NCBI GenBank assembly: GCA_903868795.1
Contig: CAIPWR010000145.1
Location: forward strand, 600-64,599
Direction of reading: 5' to 3'
Origin: an uncultured Spartobacteria bacterium
Lineage (GTDB): Bacteria > Verrucomicrobiota > Verrucomicrobiia > Chthoniobacterales > UBA6821
DNA: 64,000 nt
Each line of letters begins with the position of its first letter. Position 1 is the first letter of the stretch. The position numbers were made by a program, and so were the translations under genes. A model generated the notes under the pieces. That model worked only from the letters and a program-made list of their open reading frames with translations, was not told the origin of the DNA and did no database searches. This document shows positions 8,882 through 17,986 of the stretch, piece by piece.

Positions 8882-11068
8882 ATGCATCCTTTTCTGCTGA
8901 CAGCCCTCGATGACCGGTTGACGTTCGGCGCTCCCGAATGGTTCTGGGCTTTGCTTTTTCTTGCCCCCGTGCTCTGGTTTTTCCTTGATGCCGCTCGTCG
9001 GCGAGAAGCCCTGCTGGCAAGGATCCTGGCACCCCGACTGCAGCAGTCCCTTGCCGGTCAGGTGAGTCACTTCAAGCGCAACCTGCGGATCGCCTCTCTA
9101 CTGCTGGCCATCATCTGCGTGATCCTCGCTCTGGCGAAACCGCGCTATGGATCCATCGACCAGGAGATCAAATCCCGCGGACGGGACGTGATCATCGCGA
9201 TCGATACTTCCCGAAGCATGCTCTCCACGGACACGGCGCCGACGCGTCTCGGTCGCGCTAAATTGATCTCCCAGGATCTGCTCAACCTGCTTAGGGGCGA
9301 TCGGGTGGGTCTCATTGCCTTTGCAGGAACCTCCTTCCTCCAAGCGCCCCTGACACTCGACAAGGGAGCTGTTCTGACCTCTATCGACGATCTCGATACG
9401 AACACGATACCCAAGGGCGGGACTGATATCGCCTCGGCGATCAGACTTGCAATCGCGGCATTCGGCAAGGGTGAGACCATGAGCAGGGCGCTGGTCCTGA
9501 TGACTGATGGTGAGGAGCTCGATGAGAGCGCCGTCGAAGCCGCCAAGGAGGCGGAGGCAGCGGGGATTCGTATTTTCACGATTGGATTTGGCTCGGCAGC
9601 AGGGTCACTGATTCCGATCAAGACAGAGGAGGGGCGGAATGATTTTGTGCGCGATGAGAACGGGCGTCCTGTGAATTCCAAGCTCGATGCGACGAGACTT
9701 ACCGAGATCGCGAAGGAGACGGGAGGCTTTTATCTCCCCTATGGTCAGGATGCCGCCTCGATCATTTATGAAAAAGGAATTGTCCCGATGGACAAGCAAG
9801 AGACCGGAGTGCTGAGTGCCCATAAGCCGATCGAACGCTACGGCTGGCCGGTCGGATGCGCCCTGTTCCTTCTAGCTCTCTGGTCCGTGCTAGGTGAGGG
9901 GCGTCGTCAGAAGGCGCTTTCCCCGCTTGCGATCACCTCTCTGCTGATGCTCTTGGTTCCCGGGTCGTTGAGTGCGGCCACATCCGGTATCAATGACTAT
10001 CAGCAGGGCAACTATCAGGGGGCGCTTAAGGATTTCGAACAACGCCTGCAAGCAGGAGCGACTGCGCCGGAGATCCGTTTTGATGCGGGAGCTGCAGCTT
10101 ACAAGGCGGGGGATTTTAAAAAGGCGGCTGATTACTTTGCCGCCGCGATGACCTCGACTGACCCGAAGATCAGGAATGCCGCGACTTATAATCTCGCGAA
10201 TTCCCTGGTTCGCTCGGGTGAGGGGGCCAATGGGAAGGAGGCGAAACTCTCGGACTGGAACAACGCCCTGCAGCATTACGAGACCGTGCTGAAGGATCGT
10301 CCCTCCGATGCGAAGGCGAAGGAAAACCGGGAGATCGTTCGCAAGCTGATAGCTGATCTTAATAAGAAGGAACCACCACAAAAACAGCAGGACAAGAAGG
10401 ACAACAAAGACAAAAAAGATCAGAAGGATCAGGACAAAGATAAGAACAAGAAAGACCAGTCGCAGGATGGAGGTCAGAGCGACAAAAACGATAAAAACGA
10501 CAAGGACCAGAAGAACGATCAGTCTCAGGGGGGAGGCAACGATCAGAAGAACGATCAGAACAAGCCCCAGGATTCAAAAGACTCCAAAGATTCCAAAAAC
10601 AACCAAGGCAAGGGCCAGGATCAAAAGGATCAGCAGCAGAATCAACAAAAGCAGGGAGGAGGCCAGGGAGAGCCAACTCCCACGCCGACTCCCTCACCCC
10701 AGCAGGGCAAAGGTTCCAATTCCCAGGATCAGAAAGATCAGCAGAACAAGCAGGATTCCCAGCAACAGCAGGGCCGGCAGCAACAACCCGGAGACGAGAA
10801 GCAGGCGGGACATGGGGCTCAACCAACGCCCACCCCAGCTCCCTCTCCAGGGAAAGAGAAGGGTGCGAATGGCGCCTCTGCTCAGGAACAGAAAAAAGCA
10901 GACCAAGAGAAGCAGGCTGCCGAGGCCGCTGCCGCTGAAGAGGGCAAGGATGGGAAGATGAGTCCGAATCAAGCCCGGGCCCTTCTTCGTTCGATGCAGG
11001 ACGAGGAAGCCCACCAACTGAGCAACCAGCAGAACCGCGCGGTGGAACAACCGCTTCGCGATTGGTAG
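8882..11068 (+). CDS. batB: BatB-type vWA protein fused to BatC-like TPR region and a long K/D/Q/N-rich low-complexity tail
   Basis: vWA MIDAS motif (IAIDTSRSM), a TM segment around aa 320-340, TPR-like helices (YQQGNYQGALKDFE, AAYKAGDFKKAADYF), then about 200 aa of low complexity. Confidence 0.85.
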   Translation: MHPFLLTALDDRLTFGAPEWFWALLFLAPVLWFFLDAARRREALLARILAPRLQQSLAGQVSHFKRNLRIASLLLAIICVILALAKPRYGSIDQEIKSRGRDVIIAIDTSRSMLSTDTAPTRLGRAKLISQDLLNLLRGDRVGLIAFAGTSFLQAPLTLDKGAVLTSIDDLDTNTIPKGGTDIASAIRLAIAAFGKGETMSRALVLMTDGEELDESAVEAAKEAEAAGIRIFTIGFGSAAGSLIPIKTEEGRNDFVRDENGRPVNSKLDATRLTEIAKETGGFYLPYGQDAASIIYEKGIVPMDKQETGVLSAHKPIERYGWPVGCALFLLALWSVLGEGRRQKALSPLAITSLLMLLVPGSLSAATSGINDYQQGNYQGALKDFEQRLQAGATAPEIRFDAGAAAYKAGDFKKAADYFAAAMTSTDPKIRNAATYNLANSLVRSGEGANGKEAKLSDWNNALQHYETVLKDRPSDAKAKENREIVRKLIADLNKKEPPQKQQDKKDNKDKKDQKDQDKDKNKKDQSQDGGQSDKNDKNDKDQKNDQSQGGGNDQKNDQNKPQDSKDSKDSKNNQGKGQDQKDQQQNQQKQGGGQGEPTPTPTPSPQQGKGSNSQDQKDQQNKQDSQQQQGRQQQPGDEKQAGHGAQPTPTPAPSPGKEKGANGASAQEQKKADQEKQAAEAAAAEEGKDGKMSPNQARALLRSMQDEEAHQLSNQQNRAVEQPLRDW
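10365..10960 (+). repeat. Low-complexity coding repeats (K/D/Q/N-rich, with PTPTP islands) inside batB
   Basis: Reiterated AAAGAC / GATCAGAAG / AAGGATCAG words encode KDNKDKKDQKDQDKDKNKKDQ... and QDQKDQQ.... Confidence 0.85.
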
Positions 11069-11069
11069 T

Positions 11070-12971
11070 ATGAACGAGACCCCAGTTACCAAAGGCCTCA
11101 GATCCATGAAACCTTTCCGAATCATCACCCGAGGTTTTGTTGCCTCGGTGCTACTTGCCGGGGCCCTGTTTGCGCCCCGCCTTGTTGCCGCGGATGTTTC
11201 CGTAAGCGCTGAGTTAACGCATCCACAGATCAGCCAGGGGGAGATGTCGGAGTTGCAGATCAAGGTCACGGGTGCCCAGCAGGCCGACGTTCCCCAACAG
11301 ATTCAAGCGGATGGCTTGCAGATCCGTCTCACGGGCCAGTCAACCCAGGTGCAGATGGTGAATTTCAAGGTCTCCTCCTCCGTCATCTACAGCTATATCG
11401 TCATGCCGCTGCGCACTGGTACCTTCACAATCCCTGGGGTGACGGTCACGGCCGATGGTCGTCAATTTCGCACTGGAGAGCTCGCCTTCAAGGTCGATGA
11501 CAGCAGGTCAGCGCCCACGCCCTCATCTTCTTCAGCGCAGATGGGAATGCCTTCGGGAATGCCTCAAGGTATACCGCCCGGAATCCCCGGGGGTATTCCC
11601 ATGCCGGGCTTCCAGCAGCGCCGTCCTCGTCCGGCACCGCAGAGGGTCGATGAAGGGAAGCTCGCCTTCGGCGAAATCAACTGCCCCAAGAAGACGCTCT
11701 ATGCCGGGGAGATGACGCCCGTCGAGATCCGCTACTATTTCGATGCCCGCTATCCCGTTCAAGTGCGTGGACGCGTCGACTTCGGATGCGAGGGGATTCT
11801 TGTCGAGCGCTTCCCCGATCCGAAGCAGACCCGCGAGGATCGCGACGGCGTTACTTATAATGTCCTGACCTTCCATTCCCTCCTCTCCGCCGTGAAGCCG
11901 GGGTCTCTGGATGTCGCTCCGGCCAAGCTCGACTGCGAGATGCAGTTGCCCGGAGGTCTGCCGCCGGGGTTTGACGATCCCGTCTTCCAGCAACTTATGG
12001 GTGGACAGGCCGGCTTCGGCCAACCCAAGGAGCTTTCCGTCAAGACCTCCGGTCTGCATCTTGAGGTGCTTCCCCTGCCTAAGGAGGGCCGACCCGAGTC
12101 CTTTGCCGGAGCCGTCGGGCAGTTCGACATCGACTCGATCGTCAGTAATCCCCATCCCGCCCCGGGTGACCCCGCCAACCTCGTCGTGAAGATCGGAGGG
12201 CGTGGAAACTTCAAGGGAATGGGCGCCCCCGTGCTGACCCAGACCGACGGATGGAGGAGCTATCCCCCGAGTGACAAATTCGACAGCTCCGACGAACTCT
12301 CCTACACGGGTGTGAAATCGTTCGACTTCACCCTGATCGCCCAGCAACCGCAGAAAGAATCACCCGGCTGTGAATTCTCCTACTTCGATCCCACCAGCGC
12401 CAAGTATGTCACCCTGACCTCCAAGCCGCTTCCCCTCATCGCTTCACCCGGAGGTCCATCCCCGACTATTGCAAGTTCTGTTCCGGCGGCGTCTCCCGAG
12501 GCCACGCCCGCCCGACTTCCAGCAGCCTCACGGAATTCCGCCTCCTTAAAAGAGGGCGAGCCGATGTCGGGGATCACGCTCCGCTCCTGGACGACGCCGG
12601 TGCAGCGCACCGAATTCCTGATTGCCTCGCTCGCCATGCTTGTTGCCACGGCCGCGCTGGCAGGGATTCTCGCTTACTTCAAAATCCAGGCCCAGGGAGG
12701 CACTGCTGCCTCGCGTCGAAGGAAACACATTGCTGAACTCCGCTCCCTCATTACTTCCGGAACATCCGATGCTGGATCCACCTACGAGGCCGCGCTTGAT
12801 TATGCTGAACTGGTGCTTCCTCACTCGGACAAGCGTGATGCCCTGATCTCGGGACTCACGGAGCGACGTGATCTGCTGAAGTACGGGTCTGGTGGATCAC
12901 TAACACTTCCGGCCTCTGAGCATCGGGAGCTGCTCGGGTTACTCGATCTTTCCTCAACAAAAATCTCGTGA
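11070..12971 (+). CDS. batD: BatD-family oxygen-tolerance protein
   Basis: 633 aa. Signal peptide, beta-rich repeated modules and a C-terminal TM helix. Position after BatB/C matches Bat operons. Confidence 0.75.
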   Translation: MNETPVTKGLRSMKPFRIITRGFVASVLLAGALFAPRLVAADVSVSAELTHPQISQGEMSELQIKVTGAQQADVPQQIQADGLQIRLTGQSTQVQMVNFKVSSSVIYSYIVMPLRTGTFTIPGVTVTADGRQFRTGELAFKVDDSRSAPTPSSSSAQMGMPSGMPQGIPPGIPGGIPMPGFQQRRPRPAPQRVDEGKLAFGEINCPKKTLYAGEMTPVEIRYYFDARYPVQVRGRVDFGCEGILVERFPDPKQTREDRDGVTYNVLTFHSLLSAVKPGSLDVAPAKLDCEMQLPGGLPPGFDDPVFQQLMGGQAGFGQPKELSVKTSGLHLEVLPLPKEGRPESFAGAVGQFDIDSIVSNPHPAPGDPANLVVKIGGRGNFKGMGAPVLTQTDGWRSYPPSDKFDSSDELSYTGVKSFDFTLIAQQPQKESPGCEFSYFDPTSAKYVTLTSKPLPLIASPGGPSPTIASSVPAASPEATPARLPAASRNSASLKEGEPMSGITLRSWTTPVQRTEFLIASLAMLVATAALAGILAYFKIQAQGGTAASRRRKHIAELRSLITSGTSDAGSTYEAALDYAELVLPHSDKRDALISGLTERRDLLKYGSGGSLTLPASEHRELLGLLDLSSTKIS

Positions 12972-13747
12972 TGAAATATCTTTCCCTGCTGCTGTGCCTG
13001 CTGGCCATTTTCGTGACTTCAGTGCGCGCCGGCCTGCCGGAGGATTTTGCTTCTGCCAATGGGAATCTCGCTTCCGGCCATGCGGATGAGGCTCTCTCCA
13101 CCTACAAGACACTGCTGACGTATCCGGAGTTCAAGACCTCAGGATCAGCCGAGATCTGGTACAATCGCGGACTGGCCGAGATGCAGTTGGGAGACGCGGT
13201 GGCCGCCTCACTCTCCTTCCGGCGCTCCCTTTTGCTCGATCCCGCCTCGGTCCCCGCACGGGTGCAGTTGGGAAAGACACTCCTTTCCCTTGGCCTTCCC
13301 GTTCCCTCCGGATGGAAGGAGCGCACCATGCAGATACTCCATCCCGAAACCATGATCGTGGGTGGGGCTGTCATTGGCTGGATCGGCGCGCTTGGTCTGG
13401 TGGTTCTTCTTTTCCAAGCTAGCCGGAAGAAAACACTGATCGCGCTGGCGCTGATCTTGATCATCATCGGTCACGGCGCCTCCGTGCTTGGCACCATGGC
13501 AGATCCACGCCGCACGGCGCGTCATCAAGCAGTCCTTACTGCCAAGGAGGCGGTCACACTCCGGGCTACTCCTGCCGACAGCGCAACGGAATCCGGGAAA
13601 CTCGACCCAGGAACCTTGATCAGCATCCTATCCCGCAACGGCGCATGGTGGTATGTTTCTGCGGGCACTGGATCCAGTGCCCTCCTAGGATGGATTCACT
13701 CCAACACCGCAACCCCTCTGCTCTCTTCTTCCAAGGGATCTTCCTAG
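12968..13747 (+). CDS. BatE-like TPR plus SH3b domain membrane protein
   Basis: Signal peptide, TPR helices (WYNRGLAEMQLGDAVAASLSFRRSLLLDP), two TM helices, and a C-terminal SH3b-like segment (ISILSRNGAWWYV, GWIHS). Confidence 0.7.
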   Translation: MMKYLSLLLCLLAIFVTSVRAGLPEDFASANGNLASGHADEALSTYKTLLTYPEFKTSGSAEIWYNRGLAEMQLGDAVAASLSFRRSLLLDPASVPARVQLGKTLLSLGLPVPSGWKERTMQILHPETMIVGGAVIGWIGALGLVVLLFQASRKKTLIALALILIIIGHGASVLGTMADPRRTARHQAVLTAKEAVTLRATPADSATESGKLDPGTLISILSRNGAWWYVSAGTGSSALLGWIHSNTATPLLSSSKGSS

Positions 13748-14577
13748 GTCTCTTTCTGTTCTGGGGGGGAGTGAATAAGCCTTCTCTTCAGGCGGCTACG
13801 GATTCTCACGACGCCTACGAGGTGTGGGATAAAACGCTTACACCTACAGCGACCGCTCCCTTCCCTCCGATCGAACCCTTCGAGGCTACCTACCGGTTTG
13901 GATGGGAGGGGGTCTCCGCAGGGGGAGCCACCGTCTCGGTGACAATCGGCGACGATTCCGCCGGAAAGCCCGATTCTCTAAGGAGGCGAATCAGTGCTGA
14001 TGGGGGTCCGAATGAGTGGGTGAAGAAGCTCTGGAATTACCATGCGGATTATCAAGGGGAAGCCGGGTTGAATGGAGAAGTCCCCTCGTGGTTTCATATG
14101 GATGAGTCGGTTTCCCGAGGGATGATGTTCAGCGATGCCGTCTTCACGCCTGATGCCGTCTTTGCCTGCCACCACCTGACGACCGAATCGAAGCCCTGGT
14201 GGTACACTCCCTTACCGGGAGTTCGGGATCTCTTTGCAGCCATGCTCTTTGTCCGGGGCCAACCGTTGAGTGACGGGGATCATCTGAGACTCACCACCTT
14301 TCCAGACAGGAATCCCTACTTGGTGGATCTCACTGTGGCTGGACGCGATACCCTTCAGATCATGGGGAAAAAGATCCGGGCCATCCGGTTCACGATCGGG
14401 ATCCAGACCATTGAGACCATGGGGCCGAATATCGGAAGACTAGCACCGCACAGGAAATTCCGTTCCGGGCGAATCTGGATGTCCGATGATGCTCGCCGAT
14501 TACCCCTCAAAGCCGAGGTCGATGTTTTCGTCGGCTCGGTCTTCGCCGAGTTGGTGAAGATCACGCCGCCGCTTTGA
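13690..14577 (+). CDS. DUF3108-like exported protein
   Basis: Hydrophobic N-terminus; EATYRFGWEGVSAGGATVSV and the C-terminal RIWMSDDARRLPLKAEVDVFVGSVFAELV resemble DUF3108. Start taken at the ATG at 13690; overlaps the batE-like gene. Confidence 0.6.
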   Translation: MDSLQHRNPSALFFQGIFLGLFLFWGGVNKPSLQAATDSHDAYEVWDKTLTPTATAPFPPIEPFEATYRFGWEGVSAGGATVSVTIGDDSAGKPDSLRRRISADGGPNEWVKKLWNYHADYQGEAGLNGEVPSWFHMDESVSRGMMFSDAVFTPDAVFACHHLTTESKPWWYTPLPGVRDLFAAMLFVRGQPLSDGDHLRLTTFPDRNPYLVDLTVAGRDTLQIMGKKIRAIRFTIGIQTIETMGPNIGRLAPHRKFRSGRIWMSDDARRLPLKAEVDVFVGSVFAELVKITPPL

Positions 14578-14678
14578 AGGGGATTGGATCGGGAATAAAC
14601 TCCCGCAGAGGCGCAGAGACGCGGTGGCAAAACAATCAAGGCACAAACATTCGCGGGAAAATCTTTTGATTGCTCAGT

Positions 14679-16526
14679 CTACAATCTCGAGATCAGAAGT
14701 TCGCGTTGGAAGACGAGTTCTTTCGGCAGATGGCTGTAGAGCTTCATGAAGAGCTCATCCTGAAGAACAAGCTCGCGATGCCACTCGGAGGGATCGATCT
14801 TCTGGAGCTCCTCGAACTTCTCTGGCGTCATGGATTCGAGCCCTTTCAGATCGAGATCGGGATATTCAGGAACCCATCCGATCGATGTTTCGAGTGCATG
14901 GGCGCCATGCTGGCAACGCTGAACGATCCACTTGAGAACGCGCATGTTGTCGCCGAATCCGGGCCACAGGAATTTGCCCTCGGAGCTCTTGCGAAACCAG
15001 TTCACATGGAAGACGCGCGGCACATGCTTCACGAGGCAACGCATTTCGAGCCAGTGGGCGAAGTAATCCCCCATGTCGTAACCGCAGAATGGGAGCATGG
15101 CCATGGGGTCTCGGCGCACCTGGCCGATTGTTCCCGCTGCCGCGGCAGTCATCTCGGAGCCGACGGTGGCACCGAGGTAGACGCCATGAACCCAATTAAA
15201 GGCCTGAAAGATCAGCGGCATCGTGGTGGCACGGCGACCGCCGAAGATCATGGCGCTGATGCGCACTCCCTCGGGATTTTCCCAGTCGGGGTCGATAATG
15301 GGACAGTTTTGAGCAGGTGCCGTGAAGCGGCTGTTCGGATGGCTCGAGAGGACAGGTTTGCCCTCTCCATCCTTCTGGTTGGGTGTCCAATCCTTCCCTT
15401 TCCAGTCGATGAGGTGAGCGGGGGCTTCTTTTGTCATTCCCTCCCACCAGATGTCGCCGTCGTCGGTGAGGGCGACATTGGTAAAAATAGTATCGCGCTT
15501 GATGGAGTCCATCGCCATCGGGTTGCTGTCGTAAGAAGTGCCCGGGGCAACGCCGAAGAATCCGGCCTCGGGATTGATGGCTCGTAGCCAGCCATCAGGC
15601 CCCGGCTTGATCCAGGCGATATCATCGCCGACACAGGAGACCTCCCAACCCTCTTCCTTGAGGTGCTTGGGAGGGATGATCATGGCAAAGTTCGTCTTGC
15701 CGCAGGCGCTTGGGAAGGCTGCTGTCACATAGGTCTTCTCCCCCTTGGGGTCCTTCACACCAAGGATGAGCATATGCTCGGCCATCCATCCCTCGTCTCT
15801 CCCCATGGCGGAAGCAATGCGAAGGGCGAAGCATTTTTTGCCTAATAGGGCATTCCCGCCATAGCCGGAGCCGTAGCTAATGATCAGGCGCTCCTCGGGG
15901 AAGTGGGTGACGTAGGTGTTCTCGGGATCACAGGGCCAGGGGAAATCCTGCTTTCCCTCCGCGAGTGGGGAGCCGACGGAATGCAGGCACTTTACGAAGT
16001 TCCCGGTCTTGGCGATCTCGTCGTAAACCTTCGATCCCATACGTGTCATGGTGCGCATGTTGGCGACAACATAAGGGCTGTCCGAAATCTCGATGCCGTA
16101 CTGGGCGATCGGTGACCCGACGGGACCCATGCTGAAAGGAATGACGTACAGGGTGCGGCCCTTCATGCATCCCTGGAGGAGGCCGTTCAACTTGGCCTTC
16201 ATGATGGAGGGTTCGCGCCAGTTATTGGTCGGACCCGCATCCTTCTTCGATTTGCAGCAGATGAACGTGCGCTCCTCGACGCGGGCGACGTCACGGGGAT
16301 CGCTGCGGACAAGTAGGGAGTTGGGTCGCTTGTCGGCGTTCAGCCAGAGGCCTGCTCCCGACTCCACGATGCGATCGCGCATGAGCTTGTCCTCCTTCTC
16401 GGAACCGTCGCACCAGAAGATGGCGTCGGGTTGAGTCAGGTCGGCAATCTCCTTCACCCAATCAGTCACCTGGGGAATGGAGGGTTGATTTTCACCAAGT
16501 TTCACTTCGTTTTTCGCTGTGTTCAT
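14679..16526 (-). CDS. pckG: Phosphoenolpyruvate carboxykinase (GTP)
   Basis: FPSACGKTN kinase-1a motif, [15 protein letters not shown] and the length typical of GTP-PEPCK. Start taken at MNTAKNEV. Confidence 0.95.
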   Translation of the reverse strand: MNTAKNEVKLGENQPSIPQVTDWVKEIADLTQPDAIFWCDGSEKEDKLMRDRIVESGAGLWLNADKRPNSLLVRSDPRDVARVEERTFICCKSKKDAGPTNNWREPSIMKAKLNGLLQGCMKGRTLYVIPFSMGPVGSPIAQYGIEISDSPYVVANMRTMTRMGSKVYDEIAKTGNFVKCLHSVGSPLAEGKQDFPWPCDPENTYVTHFPEERLIISYGSGYGGNALLGKKCFALRIASAMGRDEGWMAEHMLILGVKDPKGEKTYVTAAFPSACGKTNFAMIIPPKHLKEEGWEVSCVGDDIAWIKPGPDGWLRAINPEAGFFGVAPGTSYDSNPMAMDSIKRDTIFTNVALTDDGDIWWEGMTKEAPAHLIDWKGKDWTPNQKDGEGKPVLSSHPNSRFTAPAQNCPIIDPDWENPEGVRISAMIFGGRRATTMPLIFQAFNWVHGVYLGATVGSEMTAAAAGTIGQVRRDPMAMLPFCGYDMGDYFAHWLEMRCLVKHVPRVFHVNWFRKSSEGKFLWPGFGDNMRVLKWIVQRCQHGAHALETSIGWVPEYPDLDLKGLESMTPEKFEELQKIDPSEWHRELVLQDELFMKLYSHLPKELVFQRELLISRL

Positions 16527-16636
16527 GATTCTGTTTTGCGCCTTTTTTTCGACTCCTGCAAGCGACATCCCCGCCATTTTTGGAACTGCTTTTACGAGCT
16601 TCCCGCAAGCACCTCAGGTTGTTATTATGAGGGATC

Positions 16637-17941
16637 ATGCCGAGCAATCAGACCATCCGGGATGGCATGGAGAGCCGAAAAGAAGCGCCGCTACCCGATG
16701 TCGCGCGGCTCTGTCTGACTGTCGGAAAGATGCTTCTGGAGTGGGGCGCGAATGCCCGTGTGGTGCACGAGGCTATAGCAAGCGTGGCGACGGGACTCGA
16801 CTGCGATTCAGCGGAAGCCTTCTGCCAACATGCCGCGATCATCGTTGTGCTCAACAGGGGGCATGAATCGTTCACTCAGATGGGGAAGGTCGGTGAGCAT
16901 GGGGTCAACCTTCGGCGCAGCCAGAACCTTCAACAGATCATTCATCGGATCAGCCAGGGGCAACTGAGCTGTGACGAGGCGCAGGCTGAGGTTGAGCAGG
17001 TGCCAAAGAGGACGAAACACTATCCCCTCTGGTTTATCTGTGCGGCCACGGGGCTTGCGTGCAGCGCCTTTGGCCGACTCTTCAACTCCGACTGGGTCTC
17101 CTTTGTGCCGACGCTGATCGGGGCTGGTGTCGGCCAGTATGTGCGGCATCTCCTTCTCCGCAGAAAGCATAACATCTTCCTGACGGCAGGAATCGTGAGT
17201 TTCACGGCCGCCATCATTGCAGGGTTTGGGGCGAAGACGCTTGGCGGTCTCCATCTGCCGCTTGCCATGGTGGCCTCTGTCTTGCTTCTCGTTCCCGGTA
17301 TTCCTGTGCTCAACGCGCAGATTGATATCCTGGAGGGGAAGCCGAATCTGGCTGCAGCCAGAGCCCTGCGCATCACCTTTCTGCTACTATTCATGACGCT
17401 GGGCCTATCAGTGGCCCAGGGACTTGTCCTGCGTGGAACTCTCGCTTCGCCTGATGCTCCGGCCCCTGAGATGACACTCTGGATGAGAATCCTCCATCAG
17501 GCATTCTTCGGAGGAATTGCCGCAGCAGGCTTTGGCGTCCTCTTCAACACCCCGCCGAGGATTCTTGGTCTCTGTTTTGCCTCGGGGGCCTTTGCGCTAG
17601 CTGTCCGGACAACGTGCCAATCGTATGACCTCGGCCTCCCTATCTCCTCATTCATTGCTGCCCTTGCCCTAGCCACCATGGACAGGACATGGCAGAAATC
17701 ACAGTCTCCCCTCGGTTCTATTCTGGCTGTCGTGGGATGTATAGCCATGGTCCCCGGTAGTCTGGCGGCCAAGGGACTCATGGGATTGTTTGCCATGATC
17801 CAGGCCCCCTCGGCGGGATCCATCGTCCCTCTGGTGGCGACCGCAGAAAACATCATCATCGTGACCTTTACGTTGATCGGAATCGGAATAGGGTTGGCGA
17901 TCCCGACGCTGATTTACCCACGCAACATCGAGGAATCTTGA
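16637..17941 (+). CDS. Threonine/serine exporter family protein (fused ThrE N- and C-modules)
   Basis: 434 aa. A soluble N-terminal region followed by about 10 TM helices. The pattern resembles DUF1212 plus DUF3815 fusions. Confidence 0.6.
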   Translation: MPSNQTIRDGMESRKEAPLPDVARLCLTVGKMLLEWGANARVVHEAIASVATGLDCDSAEAFCQHAAIIVVLNRGHESFTQMGKVGEHGVNLRRSQNLQQIIHRISQGQLSCDEAQAEVEQVPKRTKHYPLWFICAATGLACSAFGRLFNSDWVSFVPTLIGAGVGQYVRHLLLRRKHNIFLTAGIVSFTAAIIAGFGAKTLGGLHLPLAMVASVLLLVPGIPVLNAQIDILEGKPNLAAARALRITFLLLFMTLGLSVAQGLVLRGTLASPDAPAPEMTLWMRILHQAFFGGIAAAGFGVLFNTPPRILGLCFASGAFALAVRTTCQSYDLGLPISSFIAALALATMDRTWQKSQSPLGSILAVVGCIAMVPGSLAAKGLMGLFAMIQAPSAGSIVPLVATAENIIIVTFTLIGIGIGLAIPTLIYPRNIEES

Positions 17942-17986
17942 TCTCTTGACTGTTCATCCCCGTTGAGAGTTGGGAGGAAAGTCTCG

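Noticed and set aside
10365-10960. Short reiterated DNA words that could be mistaken for a CRISPR-like or tandem-repeat locus
   Set aside because: The repeats are 6-9 nt, imperfect, in frame, and lie inside a continuous ORF. There is no repeat-spacer architecture and no cas gene. This is coding low complexity.
14600-14625. GCAGAGGCGCAGAGACGCGG compared with the reverse complement of 23210-23240 (shared GAGACGC and GCAGAG words) as another repeat family
   Set aside because: The shared words are only 6-7 nt with inconsistent spacing, which is too weak to call without a genome-wide count.
14670-15587. 305-aa plus-strand ORF antisense to pckG
   Set aside because: pckG is unambiguous on the other strand, so this is a shadow ORF.
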